NCBI GenBank assembly: GCA_023487035.1
Contig: JAMDEN010000083.1
Span: 1 to 52,333, forward strand
Length of the DNA: 52,333 nt
DNA from: Actinomycetota bacterium
GTDB taxonomy: Bacteria > Actinomycetota > Humimicrobiia > Humimicrobiales > Humimicrobiaceae
Reading direction: 5' to 3'
Every line of letters starts with the position of its first letter. Position 1 is the first letter of the stretch. The notes under the pieces were generated by a model. That model was not told the origin of the DNA, did no database searches, and saw nothing but the letters and a program-made list of their open reading frames with translations. Positions 12,037-22,869 of this stretch are shown in pieces. The position numbers were made by a program, and so were the translations under genes.

Positions 12037-12600
12037 TTAAATTATATTTTCAATATATCCTATATATGGAAGATTTCTGTAATTTTCGGCATAATCCAGC
12101 CCATAACCTACAACAAATTTATTCGGGATATCAAAACCTTTATATTTAATCTTATTTTTAAATTTACCCGGCACATCTTTATCAAGTAAAGCACATATTT
12201 CAACACTTTTCGGATTTCTTGACTTTATATTTTTAATAAGATAATTAAGGGTTCGTCCTGAATCAATTATATCCTCTATTATTAATACATCTCTATTCTC
12301 AATACTGTAATCCAAATCCTTTGTAATCCTTACTACACCTGAACTTACCATGGAATCACCATAACTTGATACAGCCATGAAATCAAAAATTACAGGAATG
12401 GTTAATTTTCTGCAAAGATCAGCAATAAAAATAAAAGAACCCTTTAAAACAGCAATCAGTATCGGATTTTTATCAGAATAATCTTTAGAAATAATAGCTG
12501 CCAGCTCCTTAACTTTTTCTTGAATGACTTGTTCAGATAATAATACTTTTATACTTTCCTTCCAGTTTTTTAATTCATTTTTTGAATTAAGTTGTTCCAT
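12037..12600 (-). CDS. hpt: Hypoxanthine phosphoribosyltransferase
   Basis: VLKGS, SSYG, IIEDIIDSGRTL and FVVGYGLDY motifs; tilS-hpt-ftsH synteny. Confidence 0.96.
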   Translation of the reverse strand: MEQLNSKNELKNWKESIKVLLSEQVIQEKVKELAAIISKDYSDKNPILIAVLKGSFIFIADLCRKLTIPVIFDFMAVSSYGDSMVSSGVVRITKDLDYSIENRDVLIIEDIIDSGRTLNYLIKNIKSRNPKSVEICALLDKDVPGKFKNKIKYKGFDIPNKFVVGYGLDYAENYRNLPYIGYIENII

Positions 12601-12821
12601 ATCACCTCAATTATTAAAAATTAATTTTAACAAATAAAACAGGTAAATAATTATCCTTAATTAATTATATTACAAAATAAATAAATTACTCCTGAATAAT
12701 TAAAAATAATATTAAAAAATTAATGGGTTAATTTCTGTTTATTTTTTACTAACCTTAATCAAATTCAGTTTCATTTTAAATTCTTTAAATTCAATCTTGT
12801 CTAATTTCACGTTAGCCTTTT

Positions 12822-14663
12822 TTACGTTAGCCTTAAATATAATATGGTTTTTGTTTTTTCACTAACTTTTACTCTATCATCAATTCTTAAATTTCCAACC
12901 CATATTATTTTTTCCAAATCACAAAAAACAAAAATCTTTTTCCTTAAATGAAAAGTAATACCTGAGTCTATAAAAAAATCCTGTAACTTTTTTTCCCCAT
13001 TCAACCCAAGCGGAATAAAGCTATCACCTGCATGCCAGTTTCTTACAACTACAGGAAATTTTATGCTATTTATATCCATATATGCTTCATTTTTTTCTGC
13101 CTGTGTAAAAAACTTTTTATCATAATTAATTATATTTAAAACTTTAATATTAATCTTAGCATCTAATTCGTTAATGGTTTTATTAATTTCGCTGATAAGT
13201 ATCGGTTTTAAGTTATTTTCTGATTTTATACTATTCTTTGGTTTTATATCATTATCTGGTTTTATATTATTATTTAAAATTGTTAAATCTGTTCTTAAAT
13301 CTGGCTCATTATTGTCTTCTTTATATTTTTCCTTGTTTTCCTCTTTGTTCTTTTCTTTATATCCCCTTTTGGTTTCTTTATTATTTTTTTCTTTATTTTC
13401 TATTTCATCTTTATTTTTACTGCTCAGGTTTCCTTTAAAAATTTTCTCTCCAGCTAATAAAGACCTGGCATCATCTTCACTGATTACAATAATTCCATCA
13501 TCAAATATATTTTTATTTTCTTTGGAAAAATCATCATCACCAAAATTTTTACCAGATATAAATAAACTATTCAAATTTACCTTTTTGCCATCATAAAAAT
13601 AAATAAAATCTCCCTCTTTTACAAAAAATATACCATCAGATAAATTTATTTTCTTATTTTCCCCTTTCTGGTAGCAAAATTTAAGGATATCAGTAATATT
13701 TTCTAAAGTAATATCTTTTAAGCTGCCTTTAACAAGTTCAATTAACTTGAATATTAATGCGGTTTTTAAAAAATCATCTGAATTTATAATATTAAGGATA
13801 GGGAATTTTATAAAACCTTTATTATATATAACCTCTGCAATATCCTGTACACTTATATTCTGCTTTTTAAAAATCTCAATTATTTCTTTATCAACATAAT
13901 CATTTGCGAGTTTTAAATTTTCTATAGCTTTTACAATATTGTTTTTAAAACCTTCTCCAAACTCACTTTCCATGAAAGGAATTAATCTATTTCTAATCTT
14001 GTTTCTAAAATATTTACTTTCCAGATTTGTCCTGTCAACGCAAAAACTTATATTATTTGAAATTAAAAAATCAGTTATATCTTTTTTAAAAATATATAAA
14101 AGCGGTCTTATTATTTTTCCACTCACGGGCTTTATTGCACTTAATCCTCTCAGGCCTGCCCCCCTGATTAAATTCATAAAAAATGTTTCAAGATTATCAT
14201 CAGCATTATGCGCAATTGCTATTTTATTTATCGCATTCTCATTACTGTATTTTTCAAGAAGGCTTTTCCTTAAAAGTCTTGCCCCTTCCTGAAAATTAAT
14301 TTTTTTCTCAGTGCACCATCTTTTTACATCAATCTTTTCACTAAAAAGAGTTATTGAGTATTTTTTGCATAAATCGCTTACAAAGGCAGCATCTTTTGTT
14401 GATTGGCCATTTCTTGTTAAGTGATCAAGATGAAAAGCATAAAGCTTTAAGTTATATTTATTCTTAATAAGATTAAAAACATGGGTAAGAAATACCGAGT
14501 CAGGTCCGCCTGAAATAGAAATAAGAACACAGTCTCCTGAACTTAGCATATCATATTTTTCAATAGTTTTTATTAAGTCATATATTATGTCAACTTTATT
14601 AAAACTATTTATAATATTTAAATCTTTAAAAAAATTAAATTTTTTATTTTCTTTAAATTTCAT
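12822..14663 (-). CDS. tilS: tRNA(Ile)-lysidine synthetase with a K/E/N-rich insertion
   Basis: SGGPDS, AHNADDNLET, IRPLL, DRTN...RNKIR motifs; C-terminal GDSFIPLG..KKLQDFFID. Confidence 0.95.
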   Translation of the reverse strand: MKFKENKKFNFFKDLNIINSFNKVDIIYDLIKTIEKYDMLSSGDCVLISISGGPDSVFLTHVFNLIKNKYNLKLYAFHLDHLTRNGQSTKDAAFVSDLCKKYSITLFSEKIDVKRWCTEKKINFQEGARLLRKSLLEKYSNENAINKIAIAHNADDNLETFFMNLIRGAGLRGLSAIKPVSGKIIRPLLYIFKKDITDFLISNNISFCVDRTNLESKYFRNKIRNRLIPFMESEFGEGFKNNIVKAIENLKLANDYVDKEIIEIFKKQNISVQDIAEVIYNKGFIKFPILNIINSDDFLKTALIFKLIELVKGSLKDITLENITDILKFCYQKGENKKINLSDGIFFVKEGDFIYFYDGKKVNLNSLFISGKNFGDDDFSKENKNIFDDGIIVISEDDARSLLAGEKIFKGNLSSKNKDEIENKEKNNKETKRGYKEKNKEENKEKYKEDNNEPDLRTDLTILNNNIKPDNDIKPKNSIKSENNLKPILISEINKTINELDAKINIKVLNIINYDKKFFTQAEKNEAYMDINSIKFPVVVRNWHAGDSFIPLGLNGEKKLQDFFIDSGITFHLRKKIFVFCDLEKIIWVGNLRIDDRVKVSEKTKTILYLRLT

Positions 14664-14836
14664 TAAAAAATAATAATAATTTTTTTATTGCACTTATTGC
14701 ACTTTAGATTAAAAAACTCCTGATAAATATTAATAAATTTTTAGTTTTAAAACTTATAATAAAAATTTCATATTTAATATTTACAATATATGTTATATGT
14801 GATTTTTATATAAATTTTAATCAAAATCTGTGATTT

Positions 14837-15628
14837 TTAATCAAAAATTTTTTTGCTTATTCTTTTAATTGAATTTGATTTCCCTGTTTTTTCATCAATA
14901 TCTATAACAACCCCGTTTATCCAGTTATCTGAATCTGCTACACTAAATCTTTGAGGAAGCATATTAATAAATCTGTCTACTATTATTTCCTTTTTTACCC
15001 CAATAACAGAATTTCGGGGACCGCACATCCCTACATCTGTTATATAAGCAGTGCCTTTATTAAGAATTCTTTCATCTGCAGTTTGAATATGAGTATGAGT
15101 TCCAAGTACTGCACTAACTCTTCCGTCAAGATACCAGCCCATTGCAACTTTTTCACTTGTAACTTCAGCATGAAAATCAAGTATAATAATTTGTGTTCTT
15201 TTGCTAATAAAACTTAAGATTTTATCAGCTGTTCTGAAAGGACAATCAAAATTATCAATAAAAACTCTGCCGCATAAATTAAAAACAGCTACTTCACAGC
15301 CATTTGTTTTTTTATTTGAAAAAATATAAACTCCATTACCGGGAGTATCAGGCGGATAATTTGCAGGTTTTAAAAGTCTTGGTTCTTTTTCAATATAATC
15401 AAAAATTTCCTTCTTTTTATAAATATGATTGCCTGTAGTAATAACATCAATTCCAAACCCTAAAAGTAAATCACTTATTTCAGGAGTAATCCCTATACCA
15501 CCTGCGGCATTTTCACCATTAGCAATTACCACATCAGCTTTTTCTTCATTAATTAAAATACTGAGATCTTTTTCAAGACATTTTCTGCCAGGATTACCAA
15601 TAACATCACCTAAAAACAATACAATCAA
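14837..15628 (-). CDS. YmdB-like metallophosphoesterase (TIGR00282)
   Basis: GDVIG, NGENAAGG, TTGNH, DFHAEVTSEK, GTHTH and TDVGMCG motifs. Confidence 0.93.
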   Translation of the reverse strand: MIVLFLGDVIGNPGRKCLEKDLSILINEEKADVVIANGENAAGGIGITPEISDLLLGFGIDVITTGNHIYKKKEIFDYIEKEPRLLKPANYPPDTPGNGVYIFSNKKTNGCEVAVFNLCGRVFIDNFDCPFRTADKILSFISKRTQIIILDFHAEVTSEKVAMGWYLDGRVSAVLGTHTHIQTADERILNKGTAYITDVGMCGPRNSVIGVKKEIIVDRFINMLPQRFSVADSDNWINGVVIDIDEKTGKSNSIKRISKKIFD

Positions 15629-15923
15629 TTTTACCTCAATTCCTATTTGCTATTTATGATTAATTTCTTATTTTTTTAACTTTTAAATTTTAGTAAATTT
15701 CAAATCAATAAAATTTTTTATTAAAAACATCACAACATAATTAATGATATAATTTTGATAAAAATAAACCTTACATTTTCGCTTTAGTATAGTTATTTAT
15801 TATAGTTAAGTAAATCAATCAAATACTGAGACCGAATTCCGCTTACTTCATCACTTACTATCCAATATATTTGTAACCACTATAATCACTAGTATTAATA
15901 CATTAATATATATTATATTTCTA

Positions 15924-16418
15924 CTAATCCCAAAAATTAATTTTCCAGCTCCCATCTTCCTCTTTTACCAGTGACACAACAAGATCCTTGTAAACTTTTT
16001 CTTCATTATCATAACTGTCTGTTAAATCTATTCCGACATTTGCAATATTATTTTTTACTTCTACCCAGTTTATTTTAACCTCAACAATTTTAGTAACATT
16101 TCTAAATTCTTTTTTAAAATCATCAAAATTATGATTTGATTTATCCTTAGAAGATATTAAATTAAATGCTTCATTAAGACTATCTGACTGCAAATATTTA
16201 AAAAAATTATCAACCACATCAACAGCAGCATTCATTTCATCTTCTCCTGACAATTTGCTCTTTAAAAGAGTTTTAATGTCTACTTTTTTACTGCAGCCTG
16301 CTGCGCTTATGATAAAAACTATTATAATGAAAAAAATAGAGGTATAAATAAGAAATGATTTCAAGAATATTTTTAATGCCGAATTTAAATTTTTTAATTT
16401 AAAATTTATCTTCATCAT
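15924..16418 (-). CDS. Putative lipoprotein with an NTF2-like/DUF4878-like domain
   Basis: Hydrophobic signal ending in SAAGC lipobox; C-terminal LVKEEDGSWKI. Confidence 0.6.
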   Translation of the reverse strand: MMKINFKLKNLNSALKIFLKSFLIYTSIFFIIIVFIISAAGCSKKVDIKTLLKSKLSGEDEMNAAVDVVDNFFKYLQSDSLNEAFNLISSKDKSNHNFDDFKKEFRNVTKIVEVKINWVEVKNNIANVGIDLTDSYDNEEKVYKDLVVSLVKEEDGSWKINFWD

Positions 16419-16768
16419 AATATCCTAAATTATAATTTAAAAATAAATATTTAAGAATATTTGATAAAAATAAATTAATAATCTTTTAGAATCCTTTCGA
16501 CATGAACATGGAAGCTTAATAAAAAATTGTTAAAATCATATTGATATCATTACCATTGTCAGAATTATATTATATGCCCTTGACTATTTAGCACATATCA
16601 GTAGATCAAATTTATAGATTTTTTATATATATCCTGCACATGATTTATTACAGTTCTTTATATATCAAACCTATTAAATCTCGAAGTAAGATAAACATTA
16701 TGATATTCAGTACTGAAGTTTCTCAAATACTCAAAGACTATTTTCTGCTGGTATTTTAAGTTTTATTT

Positions 16769-17443
16769 TTATTCTACAATTATTACCCTGCAGGGTAAAC
16801 CTGTAGTATTAAGGATTTTTAAAGGACAGACATATAACTTTACCTTGTATTTAGTAATTTGTTCAATATTTATTAAGGGAGCAACAATTAAAATATTATT
16901 ATTAAATATTAAATCCCATATTCCCTGTTTGCCTTCAACATTATCAAAAGAAGGAGTGTCAGCAGCAAATATAAAGGGGGTTTTACTTACCAGATACTCC
17001 ACTGCATCTTTTTTAAAAAACCAACTATTTGTTAAAAAATCAGGCTTATCCCAATGCTGTCCCCAACCAGTAGCAAAAATAATAGCAGACCCATTGAGAA
17101 TTTCATCTTTTTCAGCAGCTTTAACATCTGCTTTAGTAATGCAAGGTCTGTTGCCTATTTTAACTATTTTTTCCAAATTAAATTTCAACACATATGCATC
17201 TATCCCAAAAAGTTTTTCAATCGGAACATCGTTTATGGCATAAGATTTTTCTAATCCTAACGCGTGTGATGGACCATCAATATAAGTTCCTGTTGCTGAT
17301 GATAAGCCTTTAAACTCCTGTGAATATGCAGTAAAATCAACCCATTCAGGGTTTTTAAGATCAACCAGTTCAAAGTCTGGAAATGGTGGACCATAAGACC
17401 ACATTCCATTATAAATTGGTCCTGAAGCATCAATTATTTTCAT
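16769..17443 (-). CDS. Cyclase (kynurenine formamidase-like) family protein with a degenerate metal motif
   Basis: IIDAS.PI start, TGTYIDGPSH, TGW, DTPSFD and PLKI...GLPCRVI. Confidence 0.8.
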   Translation of the reverse strand: MKIIDASGPIYNGMWSYGPPFPDFELVDLKNPEWVDFTAYSQEFKGLSSATGTYIDGPSHALGLEKSYAINDVPIEKLFGIDAYVLKFNLEKIVKIGNRPCITKADVKAAEKDEILNGSAIIFATGWGQHWDKPDFLTNSWFFKKDAVEYLVSKTPFIFAADTPSFDNVEGKQGIWDLIFNNNILIVAPLINIEQITKYKVKLYVCPLKILNTTGLPCRVIIVE

Positions 17444-17515
17444 AAAAATTCCTTTTAAATAATAAATTTATAAATAAAAATATTATTAAAAAATCTAATT
17501 GTACTATTAAAATAA

Positions 17516-18535
17516 TTATTTCAGATAAACAGTATTTTTATTTTTTGCAGACTCTATTGCTGCTAAAGTTAATTTTAATGATTCTCTTCCATCAGCAATT
17601 GTTGCTTTTTCTATAGGTCTATTAAAATCAAGGCAGTTAATAAAATATTCGCATTCGGTTAAAAATGGGTCTTTTTGTTCTACATTAGGTACATACACCG
17701 ACCCGTCAGACCTGTAAACTATAAGATCATTTTTCTGGTTTCTTTCCTCAATATTTTTCCCAGCTCTAAATACCCATTCTATAGTACCATTTTCGCAAAT
17801 AATTCTTAACACCATCGTAAAAGGAAAGTTTCCAGTAAAACTCCATCCGCCTTCAGCAAAGCCAGAAAAACCATTTTTAAATTCAATATTTGTTGTTATA
17901 TGTACAAGCCCACCCAATTTGGGATTATAAACACCTTGCGACTTTACAATAACTGGTTTACCCAGGAGCCATATCAGGTAATCAAGGTCATGTATATGAA
18001 GGTCTAAAGCTGCACCTCCACTATGCTTTTCATCAAAACCCCACTTGTTTACATGCCAATCGGGTGTTACAGTAAGTCTCTCACTAAATGCAAATAAAGG
18101 TTTGCCAATATCACCACTATCCACTATTTCTTTTGCCTTAATATATTCTGGCCAAAACCTTAGAACATGTCCAACCATTGCTTGGACTTTATTTCTTTTA
18201 ACAGCCTCAATAATCTTGTCAGCCTCTTCTAAACTTAAGGAAAGTGGTTTTTCGATTAAAAAATCCTTACCTGCATTAGCTGTTTTTATTGCCATTTCTG
18301 AATGTAGAAATGTTGGAGAACAAATATCAATACAATCAATATCCGCTATATTTTTATCATTTAAAAGTTCATCTATATTTGAAAAATAATTTGCATCAAA
18401 TTGATCTGCTAATTTCTTACCTTTTTCTTCAATGCTATCAACTATTGCAAATATCCTTGCATTGTTGATCTGTTTATATGTGTTGGCATGAACCTGCCCA
18501 ATATAACCAGCACCAATAATTGCTACATTTATCAT
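17516..18535 (-). CDS. Gfo/Idh/MocA family oxidoreductase
   Basis: IIGAGYIG, EKP, GHVLRF and DLHIHDLD motifs. Confidence 0.92.
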   Translation of the reverse strand: MINVAIIGAGYIGQVHANTYKQINNARIFAIVDSIEEKGKKLADQFDANYFSNIDELLNDKNIADIDCIDICSPTFLHSEMAIKTANAGKDFLIEKPLSLSLEEADKIIEAVKRNKVQAMVGHVLRFWPEYIKAKEIVDSGDIGKPLFAFSERLTVTPDWHVNKWGFDEKHSGGAALDLHIHDLDYLIWLLGKPVIVKSQGVYNPKLGGLVHITTNIEFKNGFSGFAEGGWSFTGNFPFTMVLRIICENGTIEWVFRAGKNIEERNQKNDLIVYRSDGSVYVPNVEQKDPFLTECEYFINCLDFNRPIEKATIADGRESLKLTLAAIESAKNKNTVYLK

Positions 18536-18579
18536 TAACAATCTCCTAATTTAAAATATAACTAAAATTTAATTTTATA

Positions 18580-19383
18580 TTATTGGACATACCCAAAACT
18601 CTTTAAAAAATCATAGGATTTCTTAACATCTGCATTTATTTCTTTTAGAGAATGATCTTTGCCTTCATACTCTATCTCTACACTCATTGGACCAGAATAA
18701 TCTTTTAATAATGAAAATATTTTCTTAAAATTTGTTTTACCACTACCAAGAGCGGGGAAGTTCCATTCAAATAATTTGCCACCACTATCTTTTAAATGTA
18801 TAAATGCTATATAAGGAAGTGCATATTGTATATCTTCTTCAGGCTTTACTCCCCCATATAACATTACATTTCCTGTATCGTAATTAAGCCTCAGGTTGTT
18901 TTTATTAACTTTTTTTATGATTTCTGCTCCTTTTTTTGCATTATTGCAGTAATTTCCATGCGTTTCCAGACAAATCGTAATGCCATTTGCACCAGCATAT
19001 TCAGCAATTTCATTTATATCTTTAAAGAATTTTTTTTCATCCTCATCTGACTTAATTTCACCAGCGTCAGTCGTAATAAATTTAACATCACATAATTTAG
19101 CAAAATCAATTAGCTTTTTAAAATTTTTAACAGTATCTTCCTTCATCATTCTTGTATGACCAGCAATTGCATAAAGTTCCAGTTCATATTTTTCACATAA
19201 GCGTAAAAGATTTTTTGCATCAGCCTCGGTACTTAATTCTGGCCTTGGCAAAATATGCTCAAAATAACTTGGTGCAGATGCCATTTCAACATATTTAAAT
19301 CCTGCTTTTGAAATTCCATCTAATGCTTCTAAAACATTATTTTTTGGATATGTAGATGTGACTACGCTAACAATGTTCTTCAT
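18580..19383 (-). CDS. Sugar phosphate isomerase/epimerase (xylose isomerase-like TIM barrel)
   Basis: LETHG, YDTGN, IHLKD and VEIE metal motifs. Confidence 0.88.
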   Translation of the reverse strand: MKNIVSVVTSTYPKNNVLEALDGISKAGFKYVEMASAPSYFEHILPRPELSTEADAKNLLRLCEKYELELYAIAGHTRMMKEDTVKNFKKLIDFAKLCDVKFITTDAGEIKSDEDEKKFFKDINEIAEYAGANGITICLETHGNYCNNAKKGAEIIKKVNKNNLRLNYDTGNVMLYGGVKPEEDIQYALPYIAFIHLKDSGGKLFEWNFPALGSGKTNFKKIFSLLKDYSGPMSVEIEYEGKDHSLKEINADVKKSYDFLKSFGYVQ

Positions 19384-19580
19384 ATTAACACCACTCTTAT
19401 AAAATTTTTTATATTAAAATTAAAGTTTAAATTTTGTTAACTTCTTCAAAATTATTTAATATTTTTGCTTTCAAAAAATACTTATATGGAAACTAAAAAA
19501 TATCACAAACATTAATTATATTTATAAGTACATTTTTGTTTATTATTCTTAAATATGCTTCTAATGTATGATTAGCAATA

Positions 19581-20444
19581 TTACTCTGACCAGTTTGTTG
19601 TCTTATTACCTACAATTGTCATTATTATCCATATGGAAATCCCAATAAGTGCAACTAATAAAATTATTGCAAAGAAATTAGACATTCTTGCTAATGACGC
19701 GTAATATGATATTCTATTTCCAAGTCCGATCTTGCCACCAACCATATCAGATCCTACAGCAGTTATTAATCCAAAAATTCCTCCTACTAATAAACCTACA
19801 TTAATCATAGGCAATGCCAATGGAAATCTGATTTTATAAAAAATTTGAAAAGTAGATGCACCATATGATTTTGCCAGAGCTATTTTTGCTAAATCAGTTC
19901 TTCTAAAACCTGTTGTTGCATTAATCATTACCATAGGACCTGTTGCAAGAGCTACAGCAAAAATACGTGGTCCTATCCCAAACCCCCAATATAGCATTAA
20001 TAAAGGCACTAAAGCAATTGTTGGTGTTGTCACTAATATCAAAATATATGGGGTAATTATTTTTTCTATAAATGGCATTTGGGTAAGTACTGCAGCCATT
20101 ATAAGTCCTACCGCCGCTCCAATTAAATACCCAGATACAAGTTCTGCTAATGTAAAAAGTAAATGCTGATAAATATTTGGGAAAGAAGTAACGAGTGCAA
20201 CAATGATTTTGCTAGGAGGTGGTAGAATAAAATCTGGCACATTAAGAACCCTTACAAGTAGTTCCCACAAACCAATTACAAAAATAGCTACAGCAATAAT
20301 TCCAACTGTTTGTTTCCAGCCGCGAATTTGCGTTGAATAAGCAGCACTAGAAATATTCAAATTAGAAATTTCCTTAGAATGGGTATCCTGTTTTTCTTCA
20401 AAATCAGGAACTTTTTGTTCTAATTCTTTATCATAACTATCCAT
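19581..20444 (-). CDS. ABC permease, NitT/TauT family
   Basis: ILPPPS, TPTIALVPL and AKSYGAS..IF.KIRFPLALP motifs; multiple transmembrane helices. Confidence 0.9.
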   Translation of the reverse strand: MDSYDKELEQKVPDFEEKQDTHSKEISNLNISSAAYSTQIRGWKQTVGIIAVAIFVIGLWELLVRVLNVPDFILPPPSKIIVALVTSFPNIYQHLLFTLAELVSGYLIGAAVGLIMAAVLTQMPFIEKIITPYILILVTTPTIALVPLLMLYWGFGIGPRIFAVALATGPMVMINATTGFRRTDLAKIALAKSYGASTFQIFYKIRFPLALPMINVGLLVGGIFGLITAVGSDMVGGKIGLGNRISYYASLARMSNFFAIILLVALIGISIWIIMTIVGNKTTNWSE

Positions 20445-20539
20445 AAAAACTCCTTACAAAATATAGCTACTGATTAATATTTATTTAATAAAAAAAATAA
20501 ACCAATCTATTTATTAATATTCATATTTTTATTCATAAA

Positions 20540-21355
20540 TTAGGTGATAGTACTATAAGCTTGACTTTTATACTTACCTTCTTTTTTTTGCTTTTCAACA
20601 TCTTCAACAATTTTTCTTTTTATCTCAGCAACAATATTAAAATATCTCATTTCCATTGTAATTCCTTCAGGCCTTGGTCTAGGTAAATCTATATTAAAAA
20701 TTGCTGAATTTGTACCAGGTCTTGCTGTCATTACATATACTTTATTTGCAAGATATACTGCTTCTTCTATCCTATGCGTTACAAAAACTATAGTTTTTTG
20801 GGTTTTCTCCCATAATTCCAATATTAAAGTATCCATCTCATCTCTTGTATATGCATCTAGAGCACCAAAAGGTTCATCCATAAGCAATATTTGCGGATCA
20901 AACGAAAGTGCTCTTATAATTGAAGCTCTTTGTTGCATTCCTCCTGATAACTCTCTCGGATGATGATTTTCAAATCCATCAAGCCCAACACTTTTTATTA
21001 AATCTTGTATTTTACTCTTATATTCCTTAATATTCTTACCCATTATTTCAAGTGGAAAATATATATTTTGAATTAAATTTCTCCAAGGAAGAAGATTTGC
21101 TTGTTGAAAAACAATTCCTACACTTTGTCTAGGTTTGTCAACAATTTTATCAAGTATTATTGCTTTACCTGAAGTAAAAGGATGTAGTCCGGTTAAACCC
21201 CAAAGTAATGTCGTTTTACCGCAACCACTAGGACCAACAATTGCTACAAAATCTCCTTTTTCTACTTCCATTGAAAAGTTTTTTACAGCTTCTACTGGTC
21301 CTCTATCACTATCATAAGTCTTACTAACATTTTCAACTATTATATCTTTAACCAT
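20540..21355 (-). CDS. ABC ATP-binding protein, NitT/TauT family
   Basis: GPSGCGKT, LLPWRN, LSGGMQQR, MDEPFGALD and ARPG motifs. Confidence 0.93.
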   Translation of the reverse strand: MVKDIIVENVSKTYDSDRGPVEAVKNFSMEVEKGDFVAIVGPSGCGKTTLLWGLTGLHPFTSGKAIILDKIVDKPRQSVGIVFQQANLLPWRNLIQNIYFPLEIMGKNIKEYKSKIQDLIKSVGLDGFENHHPRELSGGMQQRASIIRALSFDPQILLMDEPFGALDAYTRDEMDTLILELWEKTQKTIVFVTHRIEEAVYLANKVYVMTARPGTNSAIFNIDLPRPRPEGITMEMRYFNIVAEIKRKIVEDVEKQKKEGKYKSQAYSTIT

Positions 21356-21371
21356 TTAAGCTCCTTGACTT

Positions 21372-21419
21372 TAAAACAGCTGCTAATCTTCTGCTTGGCA
21401 GAGACCAGCAGCTGTTTTA
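21372..21419 (-). terminator. Long intercistronic hairpin after the substrate-binding protein gene (terminator or mRNA stabiliser)
   Basis: TAAAACAGCTGCT ... AGCAGCTGTTTTA 13-bp stem plus an inner TCTGC/GCAGA stem. Confidence 0.65.
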
Positions 21420-21469
21420 TTTATAAAACTATTATCTTTAAAATCATTTCAAAATAATAATCTACAATT

Positions 21470-22675
21470 TTACCAGTTTCCTGTAACTTCCACATTTTTC
21501 CATGTATCATCTAGTTTGAAGTTTTCAGCATCACTTTTTACTTTTGCTTTATCAAAACTATTAATATCCTTTATTAGATCATTTGTAATTACCTGATCTA
21601 CTGTTAAATGATTTTTAGTTTGTCCTAATTGATAAATAGTATCTAGATAATTTTTCCATGAATCTACTGGAGACATACCATAACCACCAAGTTTTCTTTC
21701 ACTTTCTGTATACGCCCAGTGCAGTTGATTCATTGAATCCAAAGCAAGCTTTGGCGTCATTTGCTCTCTCACAGCAGCAAATTTATTATAAGTTATTTGT
21801 GCAGCTGCTCGCGGATTTATTCTTGCAAATTCAATTCCCATTGCTGCTGCTTTAAAGAATTTTACATATAAATCTTTCTTTGCAGAATCACTTAAATCTG
21901 ATTTTCTTACACAATAACCATTTGCTGGGTGCTTTGAAAATGTCTCACCAATTAAATATCTTAAATTAAGACCTTGAGCATCCCACTGTGCTCTTAAACC
22001 TCTCCAACATAAAGCAGCATCTGCTTGACCTTGTGCTACAGCCTGGCCCCAAGATTCTCCAACAGTTACATATTTTACAGATTTTGGATCTATGCCAGCT
22101 TCAACAAGTATAGGATCAACGATTACAGTCCAGCCTGACATACCTATTGAAATTGTTTTCCCTTTAAGATCTTGTACAGTTTTAATTGGGCTATCTTGTT
22201 TAACAGCAAAGTCAAAAACCTGGCTTGCCATCATTTCAAAGACTTGTATTACATCCATACCTGTATCAACACTTGCTGTAAGAACACCTGGAGAAGGATA
22301 CCCAACATCTGCTTTTTTCTGATCAACAAATTTTGTTGTTGCTAAAGCATCATTAGGTCCCGGTTCCATATCAACATCAATCCCAAAATCTTTAAAATAA
22401 CCCATTTCAATTGCAACCCATAAGTTATAATCATCCATAACTTCAAGAGTCCCTCTCGGACTTATAAATGTCATCTTTGTTAAATTCCCAGGCGCAGCAG
22501 TAGTTGTTGTCTCTTCGGCAGCCGCAGCAGTAGTTGTTGTCTCTTCGGCAGCCGCAGCAGTAGTTGTTGTCTCCCCCGTAGTTGGAGCATTTGATTTACA
22601 TCCAACAAAAGAAAAACTTACAACTAATAAAATTATTAAAACTGTTACAAAAAATAATAGCGTTATTTTTTTCAT
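21470..22675 (-). CDS. ABC substrate-binding lipoprotein, NMT1/THI5-like
   Basis: FVGC lipobox, Thr/Ala linker, VAIEMGYFKDFGIDV and SPIKTVQDLKGKTI motifs. Confidence 0.88.
   Translation of the reverse strand: MKKITLLFFVTVLIILLVVSFSFVGCKSNAPTTGETTTTAAAAEETTTTAAAAEETTTTAAPGNLTKMTFISPRGTLEVMDDYNLWVAIEMGYFKDFGIDVDMEPGPNDALATTKFVDQKKADVGYPSPGVLTASVDTGMDVIQVFEMMASQVFDFAVKQDSPIKTVQDLKGKTISIGMSGWTVIVDPILVEAGIDPKSVKYVTVGESWGQAVAQGQADAALCWRGLRAQWDAQGLNLRYLIGETFSKHPANGYCVRKSDLSDSAKKDLYVKFFKAAAMGIEFARINPRAAAQITYNKFAAVREQMTPKLALDSMNQLHWAYTESERKLGGYGMSPVDSWKNYLDTIYQLGQTKNHLTVDQVITNDLIKDINSFDKAKVKSDAENFKLDDTWKNVEVTGNW
22493..22573. repeat. 30-bp coding tandem repeat (~2.7 copies) encoding the ETTTTAAAAE linker
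   Basis: CGCAGCAGTAGTTGTTGTCTCTTCGGCAGC repeated perfectly. Confidence 0.95.
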
Positions 22676-22869
22676 TTTGTGTCTCCTCCTTACACTAATG
22701 AAATTTATAAATACCTTTAAAACTTAAAAAAGATATGATAATTATTCTATAATCTACCTCCTTCTAAAAATTTAAAAATATCTAATAATTTCTAAAATAA
22801 AAATAATGTTTTAGAAAATATAAATTCCTCCTTCCTTATAAAAATAATTCCTGTTATTAAAAAATTATT

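Noticed and set aside
22493-22573. 30-bp repeats as a CRISPR array
   Set aside because: Head-to-tail with no spacers and in frame within a lipoprotein linker. No CRISPR array or cas gene was seen anywhere in the window.
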